Source: Planctomycetia bacterium | GTDB lineage: Bacteria; Planctomycetota; PLA2; JAEUHO01 | Length of the DNA: 32,087 nt | Direction: 5' to 3' | Assembly: GCA_031413835.1 (NCBI GenBank) | Contig: JANOFW010000493.1 | Coordinates: 1 to 32,087, forward strand | In this document: piece by piece, positions 24,902 through 32,087 of the stretch | How the letters are laid out: each line of letters begins with the position of its first letter | Position numbering within the stretch: the stretch's first letter is position 1 | Notes under the pieces: model-generated | The model's input: the letters and a program-made list of their open reading frames with translations, nothing else | Database searches by the model: none | Told to the model about the DNA's origin: nothing | Made by a program: the position numbers and the translations under genes

Positions 24902-25540
24902 GTGGGGAGCATGAGCGCCGGAACGCTACGACACGTGGTCGAGAACGCGCTGACCAAGCACCTCGAGGGCTTCGGGGCCTGGTTCCCGTCCGGCTTCGAT
25001 TGGCAGACCCTGTGCTCCGACGCGCCCGAGATGGCGCGGCGCCTGGCCACGGGCGGCCTCGAGGAGCAGGAGGGGGAGGACGGCGACCTGGCGCCGGAGC
25101 TCGACCTCGTGGAGGTCGCCGAGGAGACGTTCGCCTTCGCCTACGTGGGCGCGCTCGCCTCCATCGCCCTGGCCGTGGAGGACGCGCGGGATCCCGACCT
25201 GCTGGTGGAGCGCCTGACTGCGCCGCAGAACGAGGCCGAGGAGGAGCGCTTTGCCGAGCTCGCCGCGGAAAGCCTGGGCAGCGTGGAACGCGCGCTCGCG
25301 GGCCAGGGCGAGCCGCTCGACGAGGACAGCGCCGAGGGCCTGGCCTTCACGTTGACGGACGCGGCCTGGCCAGGGGTGGAGGTGGCGCTCGAGGGGGTGG
25401 TGGCGTTCGATCCCGAGCGCGAAACCGAGCTGCCCCCTTACGTCAAGCGCGTGCTGGGCGGCGTCGCGCGGGTGGCGGCGATCCTCGCGGCGTTCCGCTG
25501 GCTGGGCCTACAGGACGAGGGCGCGGAGGGCTCCGGGTGA
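24902..25540 (+). CDS. Hypothetical highly acidic protein (~210 aa)
   Basis: GC3-rich frame and Asp/Glu-rich composition with no recognised domain. The start is GTG 24902 or ATG 24911. The competing ORF 25000..25656 is Arg/Gly-rich and looks spurious. Confidence 0.55.
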   Translation: MGSMSAGTLRHVVENALTKHLEGFGAWFPSGFDWQTLCSDAPEMARRLATGGLEEQEGEDGDLAPELDLVEVAEETFAFAYVGALASIALAVEDARDPDLLVERLTAPQNEAEEERFAELAAESLGSVERALAGQGEPLDEDSAEGLAFTLTDAAWPGVEVALEGVVAFDPERETELPPYVKRVLGGVARVAAILAAFRWLGLQDEGAEGSG

Positions 25541-25550
25541 CACGGGCAGG

Positions 25551-26222
25551 TCAGCGGGCTCCGGGGGGCACCGCGGTCAAGAGACCCAGCTCCTGGCGGG
25601 CTTCCGCCGCTTCCGGGCGGCCGGACTGCTCGAGCAGCGGGAGGCCTTCGGTGTAGTGGAGCAGCGCGCGGTCGGTACGCGCGGTCTGGGCCAGCACGCG
25701 GCCGAGCTGCACCAGCGCGCTGCCGAGCTCGCCGGGGTCGGCCCACACACGGGCCTGCTGCACGGCGACGCGCGCGGCGCTCTCCGCCTCGTCGGTCTGG
25801 CCCCACTCCAGGTGCCAGTAGGCGAGTCCCGCATAGGCGCGCAGCAGCATGGGCTGGCCGACCAGGCGCGCCGCCTCGCGGGCTTCGCGTAGCGCGGCGA
25901 GGGCCTCCTCGCGCCGGTCGAGCTGGGCCAGGTGGTAGCCGCGGTTGTTGGCGCTGATCACCTGCCCGCGATGCTTGCCCAGGCGCTCGAGGAGCGGGCC
26001 GCAGGCGAGGTAGGCCGCGACGGCGCCAGCGTGGTCCTCGGCGTGCGAGCGCAGGTCGGCCAGCTGCCAGAGCACCGGGAAGCGCTCGGCGTCGCCCAGA
26101 CCCTCGGGCAGGTCGCGGGCCAGGGTCTCGCAGGCCGCCAGCGCCTCCGCGTCCTGGTCCTTGGCGTGGAGCGCCTTGACGCGCTCCAGCTCCGCCGCGA
26201 TCTCTGCCGCCGTGCGTGCCAT
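25551..26222 (-). CDS. Tetratricopeptide (TPR)-like repeat protein
   Basis: Repeated Ala/Leu-rich helical-hairpin pattern (e.g. AAYLACGPLLERLG, RGYHLAQLDRREEALAAL, AYAGLAYWHLEWGQTDEAESAARVAV, LVQLGRVLAQTARTDRALLHY). Its stop is only 10 nt from the convergent acidic-protein stop. Confidence 0.7.
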   Translation of the reverse strand: MARTAAEIAAELERVKALHAKDQDAEALAACETLARDLPEGLGDAERFPVLWQLADLRSHAEDHAGAVAAYLACGPLLERLGKHRGQVISANNRGYHLAQLDRREEALAALREAREAARLVGQPMLLRAYAGLAYWHLEWGQTDEAESAARVAVQQARVWADPGELGSALVQLGRVLAQTARTDRALLHYTEGLPLLEQSGRPEAAEARQELGLLTAVPPGAR

Positions 26223-26363
26223 GCCGCGACTCTACCCGCACCGGCCGGGGCAGCGGCGCGGCTGGCCCCGGCACCCCGCCTCTTGCAACCCCCTGGGTAC
26301 GGCACCCGTCGGAGTAGCATCCCTCCCCGACCCGCCGCCGCTGTACCTCGGAGCATCCCCCCC

Positions 26364-27338
26364 GTGAGCGCCGCCCACGACATCGAGAGAGTGGTCCTCA
26401 TCGGCGCGGGCCCCGCAGGCTGGACCGCGGCCAGCTTCGCCGCGCGCGCCAGCCTCGATCCTCTGGTCTACGAGGGTGCGCCCAGCCAGCAGATGATCGC
26501 GGGCGGGCAGCTGATGTTCACCACCGAGGTGGAGAACTACCCGGGCTTCCCGGACGGGGTGGACGGCAAGGAGATGATGGCCAAGTTCCGCGAGCAGGCC
26601 GTGCGCTTCAAGACGCGCGTCGTCACCGACGACATCGTGGCCTGCGACCTGTCCAAGCGTCCCTTTACGCTCACGAGCGGCGAAGGCAAGACGATCAAGA
26701 CCCAGGCGGTCATCATCGCCACGGGCGCCAAGGCCAAGTGGCTCTGGCTCGACAACGAGCAGCGCTTGGCGCAGTCGGGCGGCGGCGTCTCGGCCTGCGC
26801 CGTGTGCGACGGTGCGCTGCCCGCCTTCCGCAACCAGCACGTGGTGGTGGTGGGGGGCGGCGACACGGCGATGGAGGAGGCGCACTTCCTCACGAAGTTC
26901 GCCAGCAAGGTCACGGTGGTGCACCGCCGCAGCGAGTTCCGCGCCTCGCAGATCATGCAGGATCGCCTGCTGGCCAGCCCCAAGGTGGAGGTGGCCTGGA
27001 ACAGCGCGGTCACGGACGTCCTCGGCGCCGAGTTCATCGAGGCCGTCGAGCTGACCGACACGGTCACGGGCACGAAGCGCCGCGTGCCCTGCAAGGGCCT
27101 CTTCATGGCGATCGGGCACGAGCCCAACACGGCCTTCTTGAAGGGCCAGATCACCACCGACGCCTCGGGCTACATCACGCTCCCCGACCGCGGCTCGACC
27201 AAGACCAACATCACCGGCGTCTTCGCCGTCGGCGACGTGGCCGACAAGGTCTACCGCCAGGCCGTCACCGCGGCCGGCAGCGGCTGCATGGGCGCGCTCG
27301 ACTGCGAGCGCTGGCTCGCCGCCGAGGGCATCCACTAG
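26364..27338 (+). CDS. trxB: Thioredoxin-disulfide reductase
   Basis: VVLIGAGPAGWTAA (FAD GxGxxG), redox-active CAVCDG, VVVVGGGDTAMEEAHFL (NADPH site), and GVFAVGDVADKVYRQAVTAAGSGCMGAL. I chose the GTG start at 26364 (GGAG 9 nt upstream). The longer ORF from 25932 overlaps the TPR gene. Confidence 0.9.
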   Translation: MSAAHDIERVVLIGAGPAGWTAASFAARASLDPLVYEGAPSQQMIAGGQLMFTTEVENYPGFPDGVDGKEMMAKFREQAVRFKTRVVTDDIVACDLSKRPFTLTSGEGKTIKTQAVIIATGAKAKWLWLDNEQRLAQSGGGVSACAVCDGALPAFRNQHVVVVGGGDTAMEEAHFLTKFASKVTVVHRRSEFRASQIMQDRLLASPKVEVAWNSAVTDVLGAEFIEAVELTDTVTGTKRRVPCKGLFMAIGHEPNTAFLKGQITTDASGYITLPDRGSTKTNITGVFAVGDVADKVYRQAVTAAGSGCMGALDCERWLAAEGIH

Positions 27339-27344
27339 GCGCGT

Positions 27345-27461
27345 CGGCGCGCTGGGCTGGGGGCGCTCGGGCCACCGCGTCGTCCTGATGTAGGAAGACT
27401 CGTGTAGCCAGGCTGCATGGCGTCCTCCGCGGCGGCCCTCCGCACCCCATCCAGCGTGCCG
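27345..27461. repeat. 117-bp structured repeat element, copy B
   Basis: 111/117 identical to 788-904 in the same orientation. It starts 6 nt after the trxB stop. The terminal 11-bp inverted repeat is kept, with a G-T (G-U) pair where copy A has T-A. Confidence 0.9.
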
Positions 27462-27513
27462 AGGCAGGGCCGCCCGACGTACCCTGAGAGCAACAGATCG
27501 CCTGGAGCGCCTC

Positions 27514-27532
27514 GGCGGCCCTTCGGGCCGCC
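27514..27532 (+). terminator. Hairpin ggcggccc-ttc-gggccgcc downstream of trxB and repeat copy B
   Basis: Perfect 8-bp GC stem followed by cttcct. Candidate intrinsic terminator for the trxB transcript. Confidence 0.45.
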
Positions 27533-27545
27533 CTTCCTCGATGCA

Positions 27546-27602
27546 ACGGCGCGTCCGCGCCGTCCATCCTCCAAGTAACGGCGCGTCCGCGCCGTTACTT
27601 GG
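27546..27602. terminator. Two tandem hairpins sharing the core aacggcgcgtccgcgccgt; the second is a perfect 32-bp palindrome covering the stop codon of the convergent dehydrogenase gene
   Basis: The first hairpin, acggcgcg-tc-cgcgccgt, is at 27546-27563. The second, ccaagtaacggcgcg-tc-cgcgccgttacttgg, is at 27571-27602. The TAA stop of the minus-strand gene (27595-27597) lies in the stem. This looks like a bidirectional terminator. Confidence 0.55.
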
Positions 27603-28800
27603 GCGCGAGGGTGTAGACCGTGCCGCCGTCGGCGAGCTTCTCGCCGGAGCAGAGGTAGAGCTCGCCCTGCGCGTCGGCGTCGATGGAGACGCAGCGGTTG
27701 ACGTCGCCGAGCTTGCGCTGGTCGGAGCCGACCCAGCGGCTGCCCTGCTGCGCCATGGTGAGCGCGTAGAGCTCGCCCAGCTCGTAGTCGGCGAAGACGT
27801 AGCGGCCCTTGAGGAAGGGCAGGCGCGCACCCGTGTAAACACGGCCGCCGATGGCGCAGGAGCCCATGTCGGGATCGACGCGGCCGTAGTCGAAGGCGCG
27901 CGGCACGAACTGCGCGTTGGCGGGAGGCTGGGCCGCCGCGGCGTTGCGCAGGCTGCCCTCCATGAAGGGCCAGCCGTGGTTGCCGCCCTTCTGGACGGCC
28001 GTGATCCACTCGCGGCAGCCGGCGTCGGAGGAGCCCGGCTCGCCCAGCCAAAGCGTGCCCGCCGCGTCGAAGGAGAAGCGCCAGGGGTTGCGCAGGCCGT
28101 AGGCCCAGATCTCGCCCTTGACGCCGGCCGTGTTCGCCCAGGGGTTGTCCGTGGGGATAGCGTAGGCCTTGCCGGCGGGGGGGTTGTCTACGTCGATGCG
28201 CAGGATCTTGCCCAGCATCACGGCGGGGTTCTGGGCGTTGCCGTCGGCGTCGTTCTTGGCGCCGTTGTCGCCCACGCCGATGTAGAGCTTGCCGTCCGGG
28301 CCGAAGGCCAGGCCGCCGGCCTGGTGGATGTAACGGCTCTTGGGCACCTCGAGCACCACGCGCTCGGTGGCCGGGGCGCTCACGCCCCCCGACAGGCGGA
28401 ACTCGCTCACCACCAGCTTGAAGTTCGGGTTCGAGCCCGAGAGGTAGGAGAGGAAGAGGCGCCCGTTCGTCTTGTGCTGCGGGTGGAAGGCCATGCCAAG
28501 CACGCCGCCCTGTCCCTGGGTCTGGACGCGGCCGGTCTTGCTCAGGTCGAGCGCGACGGCGGGCTGCGGCACGGGCCCGGTGCCGCGGTACTTGGGCAGG
28601 CGCTTGATCACGCCCTTGAGCTCGAGCACGTAGAGCGTGTCGCTGCCGTCGTTGGGGTGCGCCACCTGGGTGGGCTCGTCGAAGGCCAGACCCGGCCAGG
28701 CCTCGACCACCCGGGCGCCGTCGAGCGGCGGGGCGGCCTGTCCGGCCGAGGGGACGAGCAGCAGGGCAGGCAGGGCGAGAGCCAGCAGGGCGATGCGCAT
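27595..28800 (-). CDS. PQQ-dependent sugar dehydrogenase (soluble glucose/sorbosone dehydrogenase-like beta-propeller), secreted
   Basis: Signal peptide. Motifs GMAFHPQHKTNGRLFLSY, HQAGGLAFGPDGKLYIGVGDNG, GKILRIDVD, GLRNPWRFSFD and GGNHGWPFMEG. GGAGG lies 5 nt upstream of the ATG. Confidence 0.85.
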   Translation of the reverse strand: MRIALLALALPALLLVPSAGQAAPPLDGARVVEAWPGLAFDEPTQVAHPNDGSDTLYVLELKGVIKRLPKYRGTGPVPQPAVALDLSKTGRVQTQGQGGVLGMAFHPQHKTNGRLFLSYLSGSNPNFKLVVSEFRLSGGVSAPATERVVLEVPKSRYIHQAGGLAFGPDGKLYIGVGDNGAKNDADGNAQNPAVMLGKILRIDVDNPPAGKAYAIPTDNPWANTAGVKGEIWAYGLRNPWRFSFDAAGTLWLGEPGSSDAGCREWITAVQKGGNHGWPFMEGSLRNAAAAQPPANAQFVPRAFDYGRVDPDMGSCAIGGRVYTGARLPFLKGRYVFADYELGELYALTMAQQGSRWVGSDQRKLGDVNRCVSIDADAQGELYLCSGEKLADGGTVYTLAPK

Positions 28801-29095
28801 GGGGGCCTCCGGGCGTGGCCCGAGATCCTACCCGGTGGGGGACCAGCGCAAGCAGGAGGGGACGCCCCCGTCGTGCTCGGGGCGCCCCGCGGGGCAGGCC
28901 GGGGGCTCCGGCGGACCCGTGCCGCGCCGCGCCCGGATCGCCGGGCCGCCGGTGGGCCCGCGGGCGATCCCGGGAGGACGCCCGGGGCTGGGTTTGCATG
29001 AATCGCCCGGGGGAGCACCTTGTTATGGTGCTGGCCGCTCGGCGGGCGCGGTCGCGCGCGGACCTCCGAGGGGCGCCGGGAGCCAGGACCGAAGC

Positions 29096-29584
29096 GTGGA
29101 CTTCCACTTCGCCATCGTCGCGATCTTCACGGGCGTCGCGGCCCTGTTCGTGATCGCGAACCTGCTCCTATCTCGGCTGCTCCGGCCCAAGAGCGGCACG
29201 GATCCGGCCAAGCTGGCCATCTACGAGTGCGGTGAGCCGACGGTCGGGCAGGCCTGGATCCGCTTCGACATCCGCTTCTACACGGTGGCCTTGATGTTCG
29301 TGGTCTTCGACATCGAGGTGGCGCTGCTCTTCCCCTGGGGCGCCATTTACCGCGACTTCGTCGAGCAGGGCCTGGGCGCCTTGGTGTTCCTCGAGGCGGC
29401 TGCGTTCATCGTGATCCTGATGGTCGGGCTGGCCTACGTCTGGGCCCGCGGCGACATCGAGTGGACCGCGGCGCCCCCGGAAGAGCCTCCGGCCGGGGCG
29501 GCTGAGACCCAGGCTCTGGCGAGCCCGCCCCCGGGCGCCAGGGAAGCCGCCCTCAGCACCCATGGATCGGGAGGTGGCCATTGA
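29096..29584 (+). CDS. nuoA: NADH-quinone oxidoreductase subunit A, with a ~35-aa Pro/Ala-rich C-terminal extension
   Basis: [39 protein letters not shown] is the NuoA/ND3 signature. GTG start at 29096. The longer ORF from 28637 is Arg/Gly/Pro-rich. Confidence 0.85.
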   Translation: MDFHFAIVAIFTGVAALFVIANLLLSRLLRPKSGTDPAKLAIYECGEPTVGQAWIRFDIRFYTVALMFVVFDIEVALLFPWGAIYRDFVEQGLGALVFLEAAAFIVILMVGLAYVWARGDIEWTAAPPEEPPAGAAETQALASPPPGAREAALSTHGSGGGH

Positions 29585-30111
29585 CCGCTGACGCCCAAGC
29601 CGAGGGCCTCGATCCCGAGCTCCAGCAGTCCATCATCCTGACCAAGGTGGACTGGGTGAAGGACTGGGGCCGGCGCAATGCCTTGTGGCCCATGGCCTTC
29701 GGGCTGGCCTGCTGTGCCATGGAGATGATGGCCACCGCGGCCACGAAGTACGACCTGGACCGCTTCGGGGCCGGGGTGTTCCGCGCCTCTCCGCGTCAGA
29801 GCGACCTGATGATCGTGGCCGGGACCGTGACCCATAAGATGGCCCCGCGCGTCAAGCGCCTCTACGACCAGATGCCCGACCCCAAGTACGTGATCGCGAT
29901 GGGGGCCTGCGTCGTGGGGGGCGGTCCCTACGTGCGCTACGGCTACCACGTGGTCCAGGGCGTGGACCTGATCGTGCCGGTGGACATCTACCTGCCCGGC
30001 TGCCCCCCGCGTCCCGAGGCCCTGATCGACGCCATCCGCAAGCTCCAGATGCGCATCCGGGACAAGGGCGGAGCGACGCTGCCTGCACGCCCGACGGCTA
30101 CGGTCGCCTAG
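29581..30111 (+). CDS. nuoB: NADH-quinone oxidoreductase subunit B
   Basis: [22 protein letters not shown] and [11 protein letters not shown] (N2 cluster cysteines). The TTG start overlaps the nuoA stop (TTGA), with GGGAGGTG just upstream. Confidence 0.9.
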   Translation: MTADAQAEGLDPELQQSIILTKVDWVKDWGRRNALWPMAFGLACCAMEMMATAATKYDLDRFGAGVFRASPRQSDLMIVAGTVTHKMAPRVKRLYDQMPDPKYVIAMGACVVGGGPYVRYGYHVVQGVDLIVPVDIYLPGCPPRPEALIDAIRKLQMRIRDKGGATLPARPTATVA

Positions 30112-30117
30112 CGCGGT

Positions 30118-30200
30118 CCTCCACCCGCCCCCGCCGCCCCCGCCGCCCCCCAGCCCCCAGCCCCCCGCCACCCGCCCCCCCGGCCCCCCTCCTACTCCAC
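30118..30200 (+). repeat. C-rich low-complexity tract between nuoB and nuoC (62 of 83 nt are C on the coding strand)
   Basis: Counted directly. There are nine C-runs of 3-7 nt (ccc, ccccc, ccccc, cccccc, ccccc, cccccc, ccc, ccccccc, cccccc), so the complementary strand has matching G-runs. The tract ends in cctcctactccac immediately before the nuoC GTG, with no SD. Confidence 0.85.
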
Positions 30201-30812
30201 GTGACGACCCCTCCCTCCCCTGCCCCTGCGGCTGGCCCTGTCGCAGCGCCGGTCGATCTGGTGACCGCCCGGGCGCACGCGCTCTTGAAGGCGCGTCTCG
30301 CCGGCGTCGTCGTGTCGGCGGAGGAGACCGGGCGCCACCCCTGGATCCGCGTGACGCCTGAGGGCCTGCGCGACGCGGCGCGCCTGCTGCGTGACGACCC
30401 CACCACGCGGCTCGAGTGCTGCCACCTGATCTCGGGCGTGGACTGGCCGGCGCGCAAGCCCGGGGAGACGGCCGAGCTCGAGGTGGTCTACCACCTGGTC
30501 TCCTACGTTTTCCCCAGCGACCCGACCTACCGCGCCCGGCGCGCGGCGAACGCCAAGAACGACGCCTGGGTGGCCCTCAAGGTGCGCGTGCCGCGTGGGA
30601 ACCCCGAGGTCCCTAGCGTGATGGACATCTGGACCGGCGCCGACTGGCACGAGCGCGAGACCTACGACCTCCTGGGCGTGCGCTTCACGGGACGCGGCTT
30701 CGTGCCGCGCATCTTGCTCCCGGAGGACTGGCCCGGCCACCCGCTGCGCAAGGACTGGGAGACGCCGAGCGACTACCACGGCGTGCCCATCGTCCCGCCG
30801 GAGGGCCTGTGA
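30201..30812 (+). CDS. nuoC: NADH-quinone oxidoreductase subunit C
   Basis: LEVVYHLVSY, DIWTGADWHERETYDLLGVRFTG and PRILLPEDWPGHPLRKDW are NuoC motifs. The GTG start is tentative because no SD is present. Confidence 0.85.
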   Translation: MTTPPSPAPAAGPVAAPVDLVTARAHALLKARLAGVVVSAEETGRHPWIRVTPEGLRDAARLLRDDPTTRLECCHLISGVDWPARKPGETAELEVVYHLVSYVFPSDPTYRARRAANAKNDAWVALKVRVPRGNPEVPSVMDIWTGADWHERETYDLLGVRFTGRGFVPRILLPEDWPGHPLRKDWETPSDYHGVPIVPPEGL

Positions 30813-32059
30813 GCGCGCCCCTGGCCAGTCCCGGGCCCCGGCCCCACCCGGGCCCCGCCGCCCCGCCCAGCCTGGTCTCGGGCGGCGAGCCGCCCCACGC
30901 CTCGGTGACCGAGGTGCACGAGGGGCAGCACCTCGTCGGGCAGGACCTGCGCACGGAAGAGCTGATCTTCAACATGGGTCCGCAGCACCCCGCCACGCAT
31001 GGCGTGCTGCGCGTGGTGATCAAGAGCGACGGCGAGTTCGTGCAGGGTCTCCAGCCCCACGTGGGCAACCTGCACCGCTGCTGCGAGAAGATCGGCGAGT
31101 GCGTGCCCTACTACCAGTGGGTGCCCTACGTCGATCGCATGGACTACCTCGCGGCGATGTGCAACGAGCAGATCGCCTGCATGGCCATCGAGCGCGCGGC
31201 CGGCATCGAGGTGCCCGAGCGCGCCGAGTACTGCCGGGTGGTGGTGGTCGAGGTGCAGCGGATCCTCTCGCACCTCTTCGCCATGGGCGTCTACGGGCTC
31301 GACCTGGGCGCCTTCACGCCCTTCCTGCACCAGTTCCGCGAGCGCGAGCGCGGCCTCGACCTGCTCGACCACATCTCCGGTGGGCGCCTGCTCTACCACT
31401 ACGTGCGCATCGGCGGCGTGAAGCGCGACTTCACCCAGGATTGGATCGATGAGCTCGAGGCCTTCCTGGCGGCCGTCGAGCAGCGCATGCCCGAATACAA
31501 CACCCTGCTGCTGCACAACCACATCTTCCAGCAGCGCACGGCCGGCGTGGGCGTGATCAACCGCGACACCTGCGTGCGCTGGGGCGTGACGGGCCCGGCG
31601 CTGCGCGCCGCCGGGGTGGACTTCGACGTACGCCGCGATGCGCCGTACTCGATCTACGAGCGCTTCGACTTCGAGGTGCCCCACGGGCACAGCTCCATCG
31701 CGGGCGTGGTGGGCGACTGCTTCCATCGCCACTGGGTGCGCGCCAAGGAGGTCGAGCAGAGCCTCAAGATCGTGCGCCAGGCCCTGCAGCAGATGCCCCA
31801 GGGCAGCGTGATGGCCAAGGTGCCCAAGGGCATGAAGCCCCCGACCGGCGAGGTCTACGCGCGCGGCGAGAACCCGCGCGGCGAGCTCGCCGTCTACCTG
31901 GTGACGCAGGGCGAGGACAAGGCCTGGCGCGCGCGCTGCCGCGGCCCCTCCTTCAGCAACATCGGCGTGATCACCGAGACCGCCAAGGGCACCCTGCTGG
32001 CCGACCTGGTGGCCGTCATCGGCAGCCTGGACATCGTGCTGGGGGAGGTCGATCGCTGA
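30809..32059 (+). CDS. nuoD: NADH-quinone oxidoreductase subunit D
   Basis: FNMGPQHPATHGVLRV, HRCCEKIGE, YVDRMDYLAAMCNE and the C-terminal SLDIVLGEVDR. The GTG start overlaps the nuoC stop (GTGA). This gives a ~40-aa Pro-rich N-terminal extension, so an internal GTG near 30905 is an alternative. Confidence 0.9.
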   Translation: MSAPLASPGPRPHPGPAAPPSLVSGGEPPHASVTEVHEGQHLVGQDLRTEELIFNMGPQHPATHGVLRVVIKSDGEFVQGLQPHVGNLHRCCEKIGECVPYYQWVPYVDRMDYLAAMCNEQIACMAIERAAGIEVPERAEYCRVVVVEVQRILSHLFAMGVYGLDLGAFTPFLHQFRERERGLDLLDHISGGRLLYHYVRIGGVKRDFTQDWIDELEAFLAAVEQRMPEYNTLLLHNHIFQQRTAGVGVINRDTCVRWGVTGPALRAAGVDFDVRRDAPYSIYERFDFEVPHGHSSIAGVVGDCFHRHWVRAKEVEQSLKIVRQALQQMPQGSVMAKVPKGMKPPTGEVYARGENPRGELAVYLVTQGEDKAWRARCRGPSFSNIGVITETAKGTLLADLVAVIGSLDIVLGEVDR

Positions 32060-32087
32060 TGCAGCAGTGGCTCGACCAACTTGCCTC
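32059..32087 (+). CDS. Start of the next gene in the nuo cluster (partial, MQQWLDQLA...)
   Basis: The ATG overlaps the nuoD stop by 1 nt (TGATG). Only 9 codons are visible, so the subunit identity (nuoE or nuoH) cannot be decided. Confidence 0.3.

Noticed and set aside
27335-27415. 27-aa ORF (MQPGYTSLPTSGRRGGPSAPSPARRRA) with a GGAGGA SD on the reverse strand of repeat copy B.
   Set aside because: In copy A the same ATG opens a frame that runs antisense through the glycosyltransferase gene with a different continuation. Only the first ~16 codons are shared, purely because of DNA identity. The composition is non-protein-like. It is kept only as a remark in the repeat finding.
28994-29029. TTGCAT ... 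TTGTTA/TATGGT as a sigma-70 promoter for nuoA.
   Set aside because: The spacer would be 20 or 24 nt, outside the functional 16-19 range. It is the only A/T-rich patch in the spacer but is not a convincing promoter.

Overview
High-GC (roughly 70%+) bacterial chromosomal window, probably from a Gram-negative organism of Myxococcota-like character (inferred from an exported Tat-SOD, cytochrome c peroxidase, AnmK, a eukaryotic-type Ser/Thr kinase, a serpin, and TPR and VWA proteins). I support about 32 protein-coding genes. These include housekeeping genes: sodB-type SOD, anmK, dut, erpA/iscA, trxB, and nuoA-B-C-D plus the start of the next nuo gene. They also include a tight five-gene minus-strand operon of unknown function (VWA protein, M50 site-2 protease, fused DUF2064/GT2 glycosyltransferase, 582-aa anchored protein, fused MFS/spermidine-synthase-like protein). 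There is a hicBA toxin-antitoxin pair, a nucleotidyltransferase + XRE-HTH two-gene module in a visibly lower-GC islet, an orphan double-ABC ATPase followed by a 2OG-Fe(II) oxygenase, a tandem pseudokinase-kinase, and a secreted serpin. I saw no rRNA, tRNA, CRISPR array, transposase or integrase. The most unusual non-coding signal is a 117-bp structured element present twice in the same orientation (788-904 and 27345-27461, 111/117 identical), each copy wedged between convergent genes. Other non-coding signals are an 83-nt, ~75% C tract between nuoB and nuoC, two leaderless-type promoters, and several strong hairpins. All protein calls rest on motifs I recognised by eye. No homology search was run, so family names are best judgement. 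Many long alternative-frame ORFs in the track are high-GC artefacts.
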